NCBI GenBank assembly: GCA_033549025.1
Contig: JAWSUS010000002.1
Span: 1-64,000, forward strand
Reading direction: 5' to 3'
DNA: 64,000 nucleotides
DNA from: Desulfuromonadales bacterium
GTDB taxonomy: Bacteria > Desulfobacterota > Desulfuromonadia > Desulfuromonadales > SZUA-540
The position numbers and the translations under genes were made by a program. Under the pieces are notes generated by a model. It saw nothing but the letters and a program-made list of their open reading frames with translations. It was not told where the DNA came from and did not search any database. Shown here piece by piece: positions 29,401-38,844 of the stretch (the first letter of the stretch is position 1; each line of letters starts with the position of its first letter).

Positions 29401-29550
29401 GTTGATCTGCACCTGCACCGGGGTGGTGTCGGGAAAAGCATCGACGGGCAGGCGCAGCAGGGACCAGAGGCCGGCGGCAAAGGCCAGCACAAAGCAGAGG
29501 ACGACGACCAGGCGATTGCGCAGGGCCGCCGCGATGAGTTTTTCCAGCAT
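26452..29550 (-). CDS. czcA: Heavy-metal efflux RND permease, CzcA/CusA family
   Basis: LPVDAFPD, AIDFGILVDGSVVMTE, GAEVQRPLATVVIGG. Confidence 0.92.
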   Translation of the reverse strand: MLEKLIAAALRNRLVVVLCFVLAFAAGLWSLLRLPVDAFPDTTPVQVQINTTAPALGPEEIEMQISQPVELAVSGLPGLVHVRSISKFGLSQVVAIFEDEMPILDSRQLIMERLASVSLPEGIERPELGPISTGLGEVFHYVLRSDHPERTLDELRTLHDWVVKPELRKVPGVAEVNSWGGLEKQYHVIVSPDALIKYNLTYGDVATALRENNANVGGGQVVTGGQTLLVHGLGRVASVEEIAGIVITAYQGAAVKVGDVAEVAIGHELRRGAVSAAGKGEVVLGLGFMLMGENSREVTSDLKLALERVKKALPDDVLLETVYDRTELVDQVIDTVKHNLAAGALLVIAVLFLLLGNLRAGLLVAATIPMAMLFAAFGMQEMGIAASLLSLGAIDFGILVDGSVVMTEANLRRLTERQMQLGRQLTPAERFDAILASSQEVVRPIVFGLGIIVLVFLPVLTLEGIEGKMFKPMAWTFIFALLGALVVAIFLSPVLSFQFMPKQLRVEERKVDGWLKSRYGALLEMVLRWRRAFLVAVTVVLVASILLATRLGGEFLPRLSEGSLVVSVVRLAGVSVDESIAYNTEMEKLLLKAFPNEIRHIWSRLGSAEVATDPMGTELTDIFMTLHPRRQWTRADSQGDLAARVEEALHGLPGIRSVLTQPIELRVNEMLSGIRGDVGIKIYGENFDTLVSLGEQVEHLLHDIPGAADVAVEQITGQPTLQIAVDRQALSRYGVAARDVLDIIAAVGTPRVGEVFEGERSFPLVLRLPDAQRHDVKALENTLIPTRTGAVLPLGALAEVREVERPSTINREWGRRLIKVQVNVRDRDIASFVDEAKAKIAEGVLLPEGTMIEWGGQFENLERSQKRLMLVVPLTLLLIFVLLYFSLKRLRDVLIIYTGIPLAAVGGIFALYMRGIPFSVSAAIGFIALSGIAVLNGQVLVSAIRNLLADGLPLFEAVTGAARQRLVPVLATAVTDAVGFLPMALSIGVGAEVQRPLATVVIGGVLTSTLLTLFVLPCLYLLVSRRQSDEEN

Positions 29551-29562
29551 GGGACCCCCTTT

Positions 29563-31107
29563 CTAGTGATCGGCGCAGGACGCGCCCAGGCGCGCCTTGA
29601 GAACCTCGGATTTGAGTGCGAAACCCTGCCTCGACACCACCTGTTCCTCCGCCTGCAGACCGGCGGCGACCACGACGAGACCACTCTGCTGCGCCCCCGT
29701 GGCAATGCGGCGCAGTTCGAACAGGTCGGCATCCTCCTGAATGAACACATAGGGGAAACCGTCGATGTGCTGCACGGCCTCGGCGGGAATGGTCAGATTA
29801 AGGCCCTCGACCCCTTCGAGCAGGCGGACGTTGCCATACATGCCGGCCTTGAGGCGATGGTCGGGATTGGGCACTTCGGCCAGAGCAGTCAGGGTGCGAC
29901 TGCGCTCGTCCACCTGGGCGCCGACCTGAAAGAGTCGGCCGCTGAACACCGCGCCGGGCAGACCGTCGAAACGGGCCTGCACGGCGGCACCGGGCTGGGC
30001 CTGGGCGATGCGGGCCTCGGGAATGGCGAGTTCGACCCACAGGGTATCGAGGTCAGCCACCGTGAAGAGGGGGCTGCCAGCCTGGATGTTTTCCCCTGCC
30101 GCCGTGCGCACCTCGGTCACCACCCCGTTAAAGGGAGCCCGCAGGGCCAGGGTCGTGCTGGCCTCCGGCGACTGCATCAGGCGGTCGATGTCGCGGGTAG
30201 AGAGGCCAAATTGCCGCAGCTGCTGACGATGCTGTTCACTGAGGCTCTGCAGTACCCGGTACTCGGCTTCGGCCTGCTGAAACTCCTGACGGGAGGTGAT
30301 GCCGCGCTCCAGCAGATCCTTTTCCCGCAGATAGACGGCCTCGGCCTGCGCCAGTCGGGCCAGCGAACCGGAGAGCTCGGCCTGCAGGCGGGCAACCTCC
30401 GCCATGGCGACCTCGGCCAGCACATCTCCTTTGGCCACGGTGCTGCCCGGCTGCACGGGGACGCGCAGAACCACTCCCGTCGCCAGCGGGGCAATGGTGG
30501 CCAGCTTCGTGCGGTTGAAGACCGCCCGGCCGGGAACATCTACCCCGGCGGCCAGGGAGATCTCTTGGGGGCGGGTCAAGCGGATGCCGGCCTTGGCCGC
30601 CGCCTCCAGCGTCCCCAGACGAACCTTCATGCCCTGTCCCGGTTGCAGTTCAGCCAGATGGCTGCCCTGACAGAGGGCGCATTCTGACTCGATCACCTGG
30701 TGTTCGGGGCAGAGTTCGTCGCCGGAACCATGGTTGTGCCCGGCATGACTGTCCTCCGGCTCACGGCCGTGGTCATGGCCGGCGTGGGGATCGACGGCTT
30801 TGGCCTGGCCATGGTCATCCACAGCCTCCTTCACATGTTCGTCATGCTCAGCGTGGTCGTCGTGTTCAGCGTGTTCACCGTGATTCTCATGGTCATCACA
30901 AGCCTGGCCGTCGTCGCTGATCAGGGACATGGTCTCGAGGGCCGGTTGGCCATGGGAGTCTTCTTCAGCATGGTCATGGCCGGCATGAGAGCTGGCGTGC
31001 TCTTCGGCGGCGATGGCGCTGGGCGGAAGCTCGCCCCCCTTGAACAGCAGCAGACCGCCAAGCAGGGCCAGGGGCAATAAGAAAAAATAAGGACGTTTAT
31101 TCATCAC
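29563..31107 (-). CDS. czcB: Heavy-metal efflux MFP with His/acid-rich N-terminal domain
   Basis: MFP core (LRAPFNG, VDERSRT, LKAGM); His-rich tract and CPEH..EC..C; C-terminal CADH. Confidence 0.85.
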   Translation of the reverse strand: MMNKRPYFFLLPLALLGGLLLFKGGELPPSAIAAEEHASSHAGHDHAEEDSHGQPALETMSLISDDGQACDDHENHGEHAEHDDHAEHDEHVKEAVDDHGQAKAVDPHAGHDHGREPEDSHAGHNHGSGDELCPEHQVIESECALCQGSHLAELQPGQGMKVRLGTLEAAAKAGIRLTRPQEISLAAGVDVPGRAVFNRTKLATIAPLATGVVLRVPVQPGSTVAKGDVLAEVAMAEVARLQAELSGSLARLAQAEAVYLREKDLLERGITSRQEFQQAEAEYRVLQSLSEQHRQQLRQFGLSTRDIDRLMQSPEASTTLALRAPFNGVVTEVRTAAGENIQAGSPLFTVADLDTLWVELAIPEARIAQAQPGAAVQARFDGLPGAVFSGRLFQVGAQVDERSRTLTALAEVPNPDHRLKAGMYGNVRLLEGVEGLNLTIPAEAVQHIDGFPYVFIQEDADLFELRRIATGAQQSGLVVVAAGLQAEEQVVSRQGFALKSEVLKARLGASCADH

Positions 31108-32483
31108 TGACCTCTCTGGTTTGATACGGAGGTTAAGGTTTGGTCTTCATTGGCGGACAGGGGGTGACCGAGCTGCTTCTCCAGCTCGGCCCAGGCCTGA
31201 TGATAGGTTTCCAGACTGTCGATATAACGGCTGCGGGTCTGAAAGAGACTCTGTTCGGCCTCCAGAACCTCGAGAAATCCGAATTTGCCGGCCTTGTAGC
31301 CATAGGTGATCGCCTCAAAGCTCCGCTGCACCGCCGGGAGCAGGGTCTGGCGCAACATCTCGGCCTCGGCCTGCGCCGCCAGCAGCTGCTGGCGAAGCGC
31401 CCCCAATTCGGTTCGCAGCGCCATTCGCACCTCGCGGGCCTGGGCCGCAGCCTGGGCCTGACGGGAGCGCGCCGCGCCGATGGTTCCCTGTTGACGGTCA
31501 AAGAGGGGCAGACTGAAGGCAATGCCGGCCACCAGGGCCTGGTCGCCACTCTCTTCCATTTGCTTGGCGCCCAGGCTCAGGCTCAGATCGGGAATACGAC
31601 TGGCCCGGGCCAGTTCCAGATCGCGGCCGGCCCGCTGCCCGGCAAGACGTTGCCGCAGTACCGCCGGGCTCTGCTCCAGACGGGCCTCCATAGCGGCCTC
31701 GTCGGGCAGCGGCGGCATCTGCTCCAGATCGGCTTCAATAGCCCCGGCCACTGCCCCTCTGGCCTCATCTGCCCACAGGGCCCTCAGCGCCAGCCAGGCG
31801 GCCGCCTCTTCCTGCCGGGCCTGGACCTGGCGCAGCTGGGTTTCGGCGACCAGCGATTCCATCCGCACCCGCTCGATTGCGGCCGACTTACCGGCGGCGA
31901 TGCGGTTGTCAACGGCCGCGAGCAGCTGAAGAGCGAGTCCATGCTGCTCAGTCGCCAACGCCTGCCGCTGCTGGGCCGCGGCCACGGCGACAAAACGCCG
32001 GGTCGCCTCCGCCGCCACTTCGGCCCGGGCCGCGGCATAGTCGCTCTCGGCCAGGGCGACATCCGTACGCCCCAGGGCTTTGCGGCCCGCTCTTTTGCCG
32101 CCCAGTTCCACCTGTTGACTGAGCATGAGGGTCGTTTCGGCCCGCTGCGTGCCGGAAAACTCGCCGCTGCCGGCGAAATCCTCCATCTCGATGGCGAGTT
32201 CCGGGTTGGCCCACAACCCCGCCTGCCGCAGCTCTTGCTGCCGGACCTGAATTTCTTCCGAAAAGACCGCCAGGCGGGGATGGCTTTCCAAGGCCTTGGC
32301 CACCGCCGTCGACAGGGTCAGCGCCGCGGCGACATCGGATTCAAGGCCGACGGTTTCCTGAATGGATCGTGGTGTCTGGCCGGAAGCCTGGACGGCGGCA
32401 TCAGCCCCCCAGGCAATGGGGGCGATACCGATAAGGCCCAGCCCAAGCGCAGCACCGAAAGCAACCAGAGCCTTTTTGGGCAT
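31104..32483 (-). CDS. czcC: Heavy-metal efflux outer membrane protein (TolC family)
   Basis: SQQVELGGKR, LPLFDRQQG, YKAGKFGFLEVL; ATG 32483 after GGAGG. Confidence 0.85.
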   Translation of the reverse strand: MPKKALVAFGAALGLGLIGIAPIAWGADAAVQASGQTPRSIQETVGLESDVAAALTLSTAVAKALESHPRLAVFSEEIQVRQQELRQAGLWANPELAIEMEDFAGSGEFSGTQRAETTLMLSQQVELGGKRAGRKALGRTDVALAESDYAAARAEVAAEATRRFVAVAAAQQRQALATEQHGLALQLLAAVDNRIAAGKSAAIERVRMESLVAETQLRQVQARQEEAAAWLALRALWADEARGAVAGAIEADLEQMPPLPDEAAMEARLEQSPAVLRQRLAGQRAGRDLELARASRIPDLSLSLGAKQMEESGDQALVAGIAFSLPLFDRQQGTIGAARSRQAQAAAQAREVRMALRTELGALRQQLLAAQAEAEMLRQTLLPAVQRSFEAITYGYKAGKFGFLEVLEAEQSLFQTRSRYIDSLETYHQAWAELEKQLGHPLSANEDQTLTSVSNQRGQ

Positions 32484-32592
32484 GGTTGAACCTCCGTATT
32501 TTATTGTTGTTCTCACGATTTAAAGAAGGACGGACGAATCCCACAGGTTTCCTGGGAAACTGAGGGTACCGAGACTGAGCGGAAGGGGTGGT

Positions 32593-33045
32593 TTAATTCA
32601 GGAGGACAACGGTACGATGAATGAGAATGGCCTGGCTGAGTCGAGGGGGTGGATGAGGCCACAGATCGTTGGTGAGTATCTGGACAAAAACGGGAGCGGC
32701 AACAACGGATGCGGGCAGGGGAAGTTCGGCCGCGGTCAGATCATCCGACTGCTGCTGACGGGAGGAGGTCGCTTCAAGGGTGGCGGGAATATCCAGACAG
32801 GGGCCACAATGGCTGTCCGAATCAAAATGGTTGGCCTCGTCTTCACGATGCTCGGCATGATGATCAGGGCCAGCCTGCAGCTGACGCTTTTCCGTACCGC
32901 AGGCACTGGTGCCGGCATATTCCAGAGCGGCACGGCCATCCTTGCTCAGGCACCAGACATAGCCCTGCACACTGGTTTGCCCGGTCAGCAACAAGACCAG
33001 CAGGCAGACAATCGTCAGCAGATATCGGGAAGGAGACGTTTTCAT
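32593..33045 (-). CDS. Cys/His-rich exported protein leading the czc operon (CzcI-like position)
   Basis: Signal-like N-terminus; VWC, HHAEH, HCGPCLD, PPP near the C-terminus. Confidence 0.65.
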   Translation of the reverse strand: MKTSPSRYLLTIVCLLVLLLTGQTSVQGYVWCLSKDGRAALEYAGTSACGTEKRQLQAGPDHHAEHREDEANHFDSDSHCGPCLDIPATLEATSSRQQQSDDLTAAELPLPASVVAAPVFVQILTNDLWPHPPPRLSQAILIHRTVVLLN

Positions 33046-33170
33046 TAAATCGGATGATACCCGATGACCGGATTAAAATGCAACCGGCCAGCAAAGGATT
33101 TTATTCACCCCCTGCTTTTTTACGCTAAACTTGCAAGGCAAGTCATCATTACCGTATCGGAGGATTTGTC

Positions 33171-34088
33171 ATGAGCGATCTGATTTTTGAAGAGAGCCGC
33201 TGTAAAGAGCACCTTGAGCACCCCGGCGCCGCCATTCGTCTGCTGCTGGAGCCCAAAGACAAAGATCTCGGCGGCTTCAGCGTCCGCCGCCTGCTGCCGA
33301 CCGCCGATCTGCGCTCCGTCGGCCCCTTCATCTTTTTCGACCACCTGGGTCCGGCCGTTTTTGCTCCCGGCCAGGGCCTCGACGTGCGTCCCCACCCTCA
33401 CATCGGCCTGGCCACCATCACCACTGTCTTCGAGGGAGAGATCCTGCACCGCGACAGCCTCGGGCACGTGCAGCCCATCCGTCCCGACCAGATCAACTGG
33501 ATGACCGCCGGCAAGGGCATCGCCCATTCGGAGCGGACCCCGGCCGAGCTGCGCCGGCCGGGACACACCCTGCATCTTCTGCAGCTGTGGATTGCCCTGC
33601 CCGCAGCCGACGAAGAGACAGAGCCTTTTTTCACCCATTATGGTGAGGAAGCCCTGCCGGTGGTCGAGGACGGCAACACCCTGGTGCGGGTCCTGATCGG
33701 TGAAGCCTGCGGCGTCCGCTCGGCCGTCAAGACCCATTCATCGACCCTCTATCTGGACGTGAAGCTGGCCAAGGGAGAGCGCTTTACCCTTCCCGACGGG
33801 GTCGAAGAGCGTGCGGCCTACCTGATCGACGGGGAGGTTACCGTCGGCGGCTGCACCGTCCCCCCCCACCATCTCGCCGTGTTTGACCGCACCGCCGTCA
33901 TCGAGGTGACCGCCCACCAGGACAGTCATTTCGTGATCGTCGGCGGCGCCCCCCTGGGACGACGGACCATGTGGTGGAATCTCGTCGCCAGCCGCAAGGA
34001 GCTCATCGAAAAAGCCAAACAGGCCTGGCGGGACGGCTCCTTCCCTCAGGTGCCGGGCGAGACGGAGTTCATCCCCCTGCCCGAGTGA
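33171..34088 (+). CDS. Pirin family protein
   Basis: GPFIFFDH, VRPHPHIG, HRDSLG, MTAGKGIAHSE, LQLWIALP. Confidence 0.95.
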   Translation: MSDLIFEESRCKEHLEHPGAAIRLLLEPKDKDLGGFSVRRLLPTADLRSVGPFIFFDHLGPAVFAPGQGLDVRPHPHIGLATITTVFEGEILHRDSLGHVQPIRPDQINWMTAGKGIAHSERTPAELRRPGHTLHLLQLWIALPAADEETEPFFTHYGEEALPVVEDGNTLVRVLIGEACGVRSAVKTHSSTLYLDVKLAKGERFTLPDGVEERAAYLIDGEVTVGGCTVPPHHLAVFDRTAVIEVTAHQDSHFVIVGGAPLGRRTMWWNLVASRKELIEKAKQAWRDGSFPQVPGETEFIPLPE

Positions 34089-34103
34089 CGTCCCCATCTT
34101 TGT

Positions 34104-35270
34104 CTAGCCGGACAGGTCCTTCATGACCTGGTATAGATCGGCTTTCCCCTCGAAACCGATCCCGGGCAGGTCAGGCAGCACGATATGTCCTTTTTCGACC
34201 TGGACGCCATCGGGGAACCCTCCATAGGGTTGAAAGAGATCGGGGTAGGATTCGTTGCCTCCCAACCCCAAACCGGCCGCAATATTCAGAGACATCTGGT
34301 GCCCGCCGTGAGGAATGCAGCGGGATGGGGACCAGCCATAGCCTTTGAGCATCTCCAGCGTGCGCAAATACTCGACCAGACCATAGCTGAGGGCGCAGTC
34401 AAACTGCAGCCAGTCGCGGTCGGCGCGCATGCCGCCATAACGGATGAGATTGCGGGCATCCTGCATGGAGAACAGATTTTCACCGGTGGCCATGCTGCCC
34501 GGATAATGCTCGGCCAGCGCCGCCTGGATTTCATAGTCGAGAGGATCGCCGGCCTCTTCGTACCAGAAGAGATCATAGGGAGCCAGCGCCTTGGCGTATG
34601 CCACGGCGGTCTCCAGGTCAAAACGGCCGTTGGCGTCGACAGCCAGCCGCTCGCCGGATTTCAGGACGCCCAGCACGGCCTCGATACGCCGTAGATCTTC
34701 CGCCAAGGGAGCGCCGCCGATCTTCATCTTGACTACGGTGTAACCCCGCTCCGTATAACTGAGCATTTCCCGTTTCAGGGCTTCAAGATCCTTGCCGGGG
34801 TAATAGTATCCCCCCGCGGCATAGACGAATATCCTGGGGTCGGGTTCTCCGTTGCCATAGCGATCAGCGAGGAGGCGAAAAAGGGATTGGCCTTCGATTT
34901 TGGCCACGGCATCCCAAACGGCCATATCGATGGTTCCGACCGCTACCGACCGCTCCCCGTGGCCGCCCGGCTTTTCATTGGACATCATGCAATTCCAAAT
35001 CCGCTGCGGATCCAGGTTGTCCCGTTCCGGATCGAGCAGCGTCTTCGGATCGGCCTCCAGCAGCCGTGGCCGAAAGCGCTCCCTAATCAGACAGCCCTGG
35101 CCATAGCGGCCATTGGAATTGAAGCCGTAGCCGATAACGGGACGCCCATCGCGGATCACGTCCGTGACGACGGCCACCAGGCTCAGCGTCATTTTGCTGA
35201 AATCGATATAGGCATTGCGGATCGGGGAAGCAATCAGTTTCGTTTCTTCGCGGATATCGACAATCCTCAT
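34104..35270 (-). CDS. tarD: D-tartrate dehydratase-like enzyme (mandelate racemase subgroup, enolase superfamily)
   Basis: IRNAYIDF, NSNGRY, NEKPGGHGERS, KMKIGG, DANG, YEE, TGEN, HGGH motifs recalled from Bradyrhizobium TarD. Confidence 0.85.
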   Translation of the reverse strand: MRIVDIREETKLIASPIRNAYIDFSKMTLSLVAVVTDVIRDGRPVIGYGFNSNGRYGQGCLIRERFRPRLLEADPKTLLDPERDNLDPQRIWNCMMSNEKPGGHGERSVAVGTIDMAVWDAVAKIEGQSLFRLLADRYGNGEPDPRIFVYAAGGYYYPGKDLEALKREMLSYTERGYTVVKMKIGGAPLAEDLRRIEAVLGVLKSGERLAVDANGRFDLETAVAYAKALAPYDLFWYEEAGDPLDYEIQAALAEHYPGSMATGENLFSMQDARNLIRYGGMRADRDWLQFDCALSYGLVEYLRTLEMLKGYGWSPSRCIPHGGHQMSLNIAAGLGLGGNESYPDLFQPYGGFPDGVQVEKGHIVLPDLPGIGFEGKADLYQVMKDLSG

Positions 35271-35334
35271 ACAAACCTCTCTCTTAAAATGCTTTCCATC
35301 CTGCCGTGGGCTGGCGCCAATGCGGAGCTCCCGT

Positions 35335-35853
35335 TCAGGCGCCCCCTCCAGCCCCCTGTGCCATTCTTTTCTTCATCATCGGTTTGATCCCGCCATGGCG
35401 CAGGATCTCGAGGGGATAGCCGGCAAGGGGCTGGGCCTGGAGGACGGCCCCGGACCGCCGGTTGACCACCTTGCCTGACTCGATATCGACTTCCAGGGTG
35501 TCTCCGTCTTTGACATGGCTGCTGATCTGCGGACAGACCAGCAAGGGGACGCCGAGGTTGATGGCGTTGCGGTAAAAGATGCGCCCGAAGGACTCGGCCA
35601 GAATGGCCCCCACCCCCACCGCCTTAAGCGTGATGGCGGCGTGCTCCCGACTCGACCCGCAGCCGAAGTTGGTGGCGGCCACAACCAGGTCGCCAGGCCG
35701 GAACTTCTGCACGAACTCAGGGTCGGCTCCCGCCATGGCATATCGGGCGATATCCTCTTCCCTGGTCAGCTCTACAAAGCGGCCGGGATAAATCTGGTCG
35801 GTGTCGATATTCTTGCCAAAGACGAACGCGCGCCCCGCTACCGTTGTTTTCAT
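35335..35853 (-). CDS. LeuD/DmdB-like hydratase small subunit
   Basis: NIDTDQIYPG, NFGCGSSREHA, SFGRIFYRNAINLG; ATG 35853. Confidence 0.9.
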   Translation of the reverse strand: MKTTVAGRAFVFGKNIDTDQIYPGRFVELTREEDIARYAMAGADPEFVQKFRPGDLVVAATNFGCGSSREHAAITLKAVGVGAILAESFGRIFYRNAINLGVPLLVCPQISSHVKDGDTLEVDIESGKVVNRRSGAVLQAQPLAGYPLEILRHGGIKPMMKKRMAQGAGGGA

Positions 35854-35866
35854 GCACGAGCCTCCT

Positions 35867-37120
35867 TCAGGGAAGATAGAGAGCAGGATCGACGATTTCG
35901 CCGGCAGCCGCGGCCGCGGCAACGGCTGCCGGCGAGGCCAGATAAATCTCCGCTTCGGTATGCCCCATCCTTCCCGGAAAATTACGGTTGGCCGAGGTAA
36001 TGCAGGTCTCGCCGGCCGTCAGCATCCCCTGATGGGTCCCCAGACAGGCGGCACACCCGGGCGTGACAAAGGTGGCACCCGCCTGCACCAGCGTCTGGAC
36101 ATAACCGAGCGCCATCGCTTCCAGCAGAACATCGCGGGAAGCGGGCACCACCAGAAAGCGCGTGCGGGGATGCACCTTGCGGCCGGCGAGAATACGGGCG
36201 GCCACTTCGATATCGGCCACACGCCCGCCGGTACAGGTCCCAAGATAGGCCTGATCGACTTTCTTCCCAAGGTACTGATGCAGCGCGAAAACGTTATCGA
36301 CGCTATGGGGCGCCGCGACCTGGGGAGTCAGCCCCGTAACATCGAAGTGGTGCTCGGCAGCATAGCGGTAGCCGGGGTCGCTCTCGACGATCTCCAGATG
36401 CGTGATCCCTTTTTCCAGAAAAAAATCCTTCGTTATCTCATCCGGCTGGATATAACAGGTCTTGGCCCCCATCTCGGTCGTCATGTTGCACAGCGCCATC
36501 CGTTCGGATACCGAGAGGGAGGCCAGCAGGGGTCCGGTAAACTCCACCGCCTGATAGACCCCGTAGTCGGCACCCAGCTGGCCGATGACATGCAGGATGA
36601 CATCTTTGGCGAACACGCCGGGAGACAAGGTCCCCTCCAGGTGAATCCGCATAATTTCAGGGACGCGAAACCAGAGCTCCCCCGTGAGGAGGATAATGGC
36701 CATGTCCGTGGCGCCCACCCCTGTGCCAAAGGCCCCGAAGGCGCCGTGGGTGGTCGTATGAGAATCGGTCACCACGACAATCTCGCCCGGCCGATTGAGG
36801 CCGTGGTCGGCAATCACCTGATGGCAGACCCCCTGATTGATGTCCATGAGTTTGTCGATTTGCTGCTCTTCGCAAAACTTTCTGAAGTTCCGGTGATTTT
36901 CCGCCTGAACGATCGTGGAGGCCGGGGCGTAATGATCAAAAAAAACAACGACTTTTTCCGGGGCGCGAACCTTCTTGCCCCCCATTTCCTCAAAAGACCG
37001 CACCGTCTGCAGATAGAGGTCGTTGATTCCGGCCAGGTCGACTCGACAGTTGACGATCTCGCCGGTGACGACAGCCTCTTTCCCTGCCGCACGGGCCAGT
37101 ATCTTCTCGATGGCGTGCAT
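35867..37120 (-). CDS. LeuC/HacA/DmdA-like aconitase-family large subunit
   Basis: DSHTTT, GTCTGGR, PGCAACLG (three Fe-S Cys), NRNFPGRMG; ATG 37120. Confidence 0.9.
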   Translation of the reverse strand: MHAIEKILARAAGKEAVVTGEIVNCRVDLAGINDLYLQTVRSFEEMGGKKVRAPEKVVVFFDHYAPASTIVQAENHRNFRKFCEEQQIDKLMDINQGVCHQVIADHGLNRPGEIVVVTDSHTTTHGAFGAFGTGVGATDMAIILLTGELWFRVPEIMRIHLEGTLSPGVFAKDVILHVIGQLGADYGVYQAVEFTGPLLASLSVSERMALCNMTTEMGAKTCYIQPDEITKDFFLEKGITHLEIVESDPGYRYAAEHHFDVTGLTPQVAAPHSVDNVFALHQYLGKKVDQAYLGTCTGGRVADIEVAARILAGRKVHPRTRFLVVPASRDVLLEAMALGYVQTLVQAGATFVTPGCAACLGTHQGMLTAGETCITSANRNFPGRMGHTEAEIYLASPAAVAAAAAAGEIVDPALYLP

Positions 37121-37155
37121 TCCGGGTTCTCCTCTTCGACAGTGGCGTGAACGCA

Positions 37156-38223
37156 TTAATCCTGCAGAGCCTGGCAGACGGCATCCGTCACTTCGACGGT
37201 AGTCGCCTGTCCTCCCAAATCGCGCGGCATGACGAGACCGGCGCTGGTTACCTTTTCAATCGCCTGCATCAGACGGTCAGCCGCCTGCTGCTCCCCCAGA
37301 TGTTCGAGCATCAGAACGGCGGTCCAGAAGGTCCCGAGGGGGTTGGCGATACCCTGTCCCATAATGTCAAAAGCGGAGCCATGGATCGGCTCGAACATGG
37401 AGGGGAAGGTCTTTTCCGGATTGAGATTGGCGGTCGGTCCGATCCCCAGACTGCCGGAGAGGGCGGCGGCCAGGTCCGAAAGGATATCGGCGTGCAGATT
37501 GGTGGCGACCATCACATCCAGGCTCTCGGGTTTGAGGACCATGCGGGTGGTGACGGCATCGACCAGCATCTTGTCGGTGGTGACATCCGGATAGTCTTTG
37601 GCGACTTCGGCAAAGATTTCATCCCACATGACCAGGCCGTGGCGCTGGGCGTTGGACTTGGTCACCAGAGTCAACAGCTTGCGTGGCCTCTTTCGGGCCA
37701 GATCAAAAGCGAACTTCATGATGCGACGGACGCCGGTGCGGGTGAACACGGCAACTTCCATTCCCACCTCTTCCGGCAAACCTCGGTGGGCCCGTCCCCC
37801 CACCCCGGAATATTCCCCCTCGCTGTTTTCACGCACAATGATCCAATCGAGTTCTTTGCCATCGCGACCCCGCAGGGGGCCGGATATACCCGGAAGAATA
37901 CGGGCCGGGCGGACATTGGCGTATTGGTCGAAACTCTGGCAGATGGCCAGACGCAGTCCCCACAGGGTAATGTGATCGGGAACGGTGGGATGTCCGACCG
38001 ACCCGAAGAATATGGCATCGAATTTCTTCAGGGTCTCCAGGCCGTCATCGGCCATCATCTTGCCATGCTCATGATAATAATCGCAGCCCCAGGGCAAGGT
38101 TTCGAAACTCATCTGGAAGGTGCCCTCCACCTGAGCCAAGGCCTGCAACACACGGATACCGGCAGGGATCACCTCTTTGCCGATGCCATCGGCTGGTATG
38201 GCCGCAATCTTGTACTCACGCAT
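37156..38223 (-). CDS. Tartrate dehydrogenase / D-malate dehydrogenase (decarboxylating)
   Basis: IPADGIGKEV, PDHITLWGL, RENSEGEYSG, VTKSNAQ, FEPIHGSAFDI. Confidence 0.9.
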   Translation of the reverse strand: MREYKIAAIPADGIGKEVIPAGIRVLQALAQVEGTFQMSFETLPWGCDYYHEHGKMMADDGLETLKKFDAIFFGSVGHPTVPDHITLWGLRLAICQSFDQYANVRPARILPGISGPLRGRDGKELDWIIVRENSEGEYSGVGGRAHRGLPEEVGMEVAVFTRTGVRRIMKFAFDLARKRPRKLLTLVTKSNAQRHGLVMWDEIFAEVAKDYPDVTTDKMLVDAVTTRMVLKPESLDVMVATNLHADILSDLAAALSGSLGIGPTANLNPEKTFPSMFEPIHGSAFDIMGQGIANPLGTFWTAVLMLEHLGEQQAADRLMQAIEKVTSAGLVMPRDLGGQATTVEVTDAVCQALQD

Positions 38224-38369
38224 TTTTTTACTCCTGAAAGATGTATGAATTCTGGGGCAGGATGATTCTTTCCATCCCCCTTGCTTTCAGCTGCTGCCAG
38301 CTCCCCACCGTGGAGGCTGTTACCGCACTGCAGCAGCGTACATGGCCCTTACGATTTGGAATCGAGTCC

Positions 38370-38840
38370 TTATTCAAACCATTTGCCCGCTGGCAGGGGC
38401 ACTTTGAGCAGATGTTCGAAGACAAAAATCAGCAGAAAAGTCAGAGCCACAGCGATCACGGTGCTGAGCAGAATGTTCCGCCATGAGCCCCGATCTTCAC
38501 TGAGGAACCAGGAAATCCCGCCAAAACCGAGAATACCCGCCACGGCGAACCCCATATAACGCAGAAAGCCGCTCCAGATAAGCAGGACGATGGCCACCAC
38601 CAGCAGGTCGAACCACTGAAACGATGCGACGGCCTTTTTCTCCTCCTTCTCGTCCTTCATGGCGCGCCAGGGGGTGAAGGCCATTACAATGGTCAATACC
38701 ACCATCGCCGCCAGGCAGATCATCACGATATCCGGGAAGATACCGCCGAAAGGCGTCATGTAATCGCGCTGCACCCAGAGTACGGCAACGAAAATCAGCA
38801 TCAGGACAGAACCGAGCAGATCGCGAATCTTCGCACTCAT
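38370..38840 (-). CDS. tctB: Tripartite tricarboxylate transporter small subunit
   Basis: Four hydrophobic segments, IFP, F..LL.VPLP; ATG 38840. Confidence 0.85.
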   Translation of the reverse strand: MSAKIRDLLGSVLMLIFVAVLWVQRDYMTPFGGIFPDIVMICLAAMVVLTIVMAFTPWRAMKDEKEEKKAVASFQWFDLLVVAIVLLIWSGFLRYMGFAVAGILGFGGISWFLSEDRGSWRNILLSTVIAVALTFLLIFVFEHLLKVPLPAGKWFE

Positions 38841-38844
38841 AGGA

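Noticed and set aside
32500..32592. NiCo (czcD-motif) riboswitch before czcC
   Set aside because: The ACTGAG words are on the non-coding strand and I cannot build the four-way junction on the mRNA strand
35335..38223. Leucine biosynthesis leuBCD
   Set aside because: The dehydrogenase has tartrate-dehydrogenase motifs, there is no leuA, and the context is transport and catabolism
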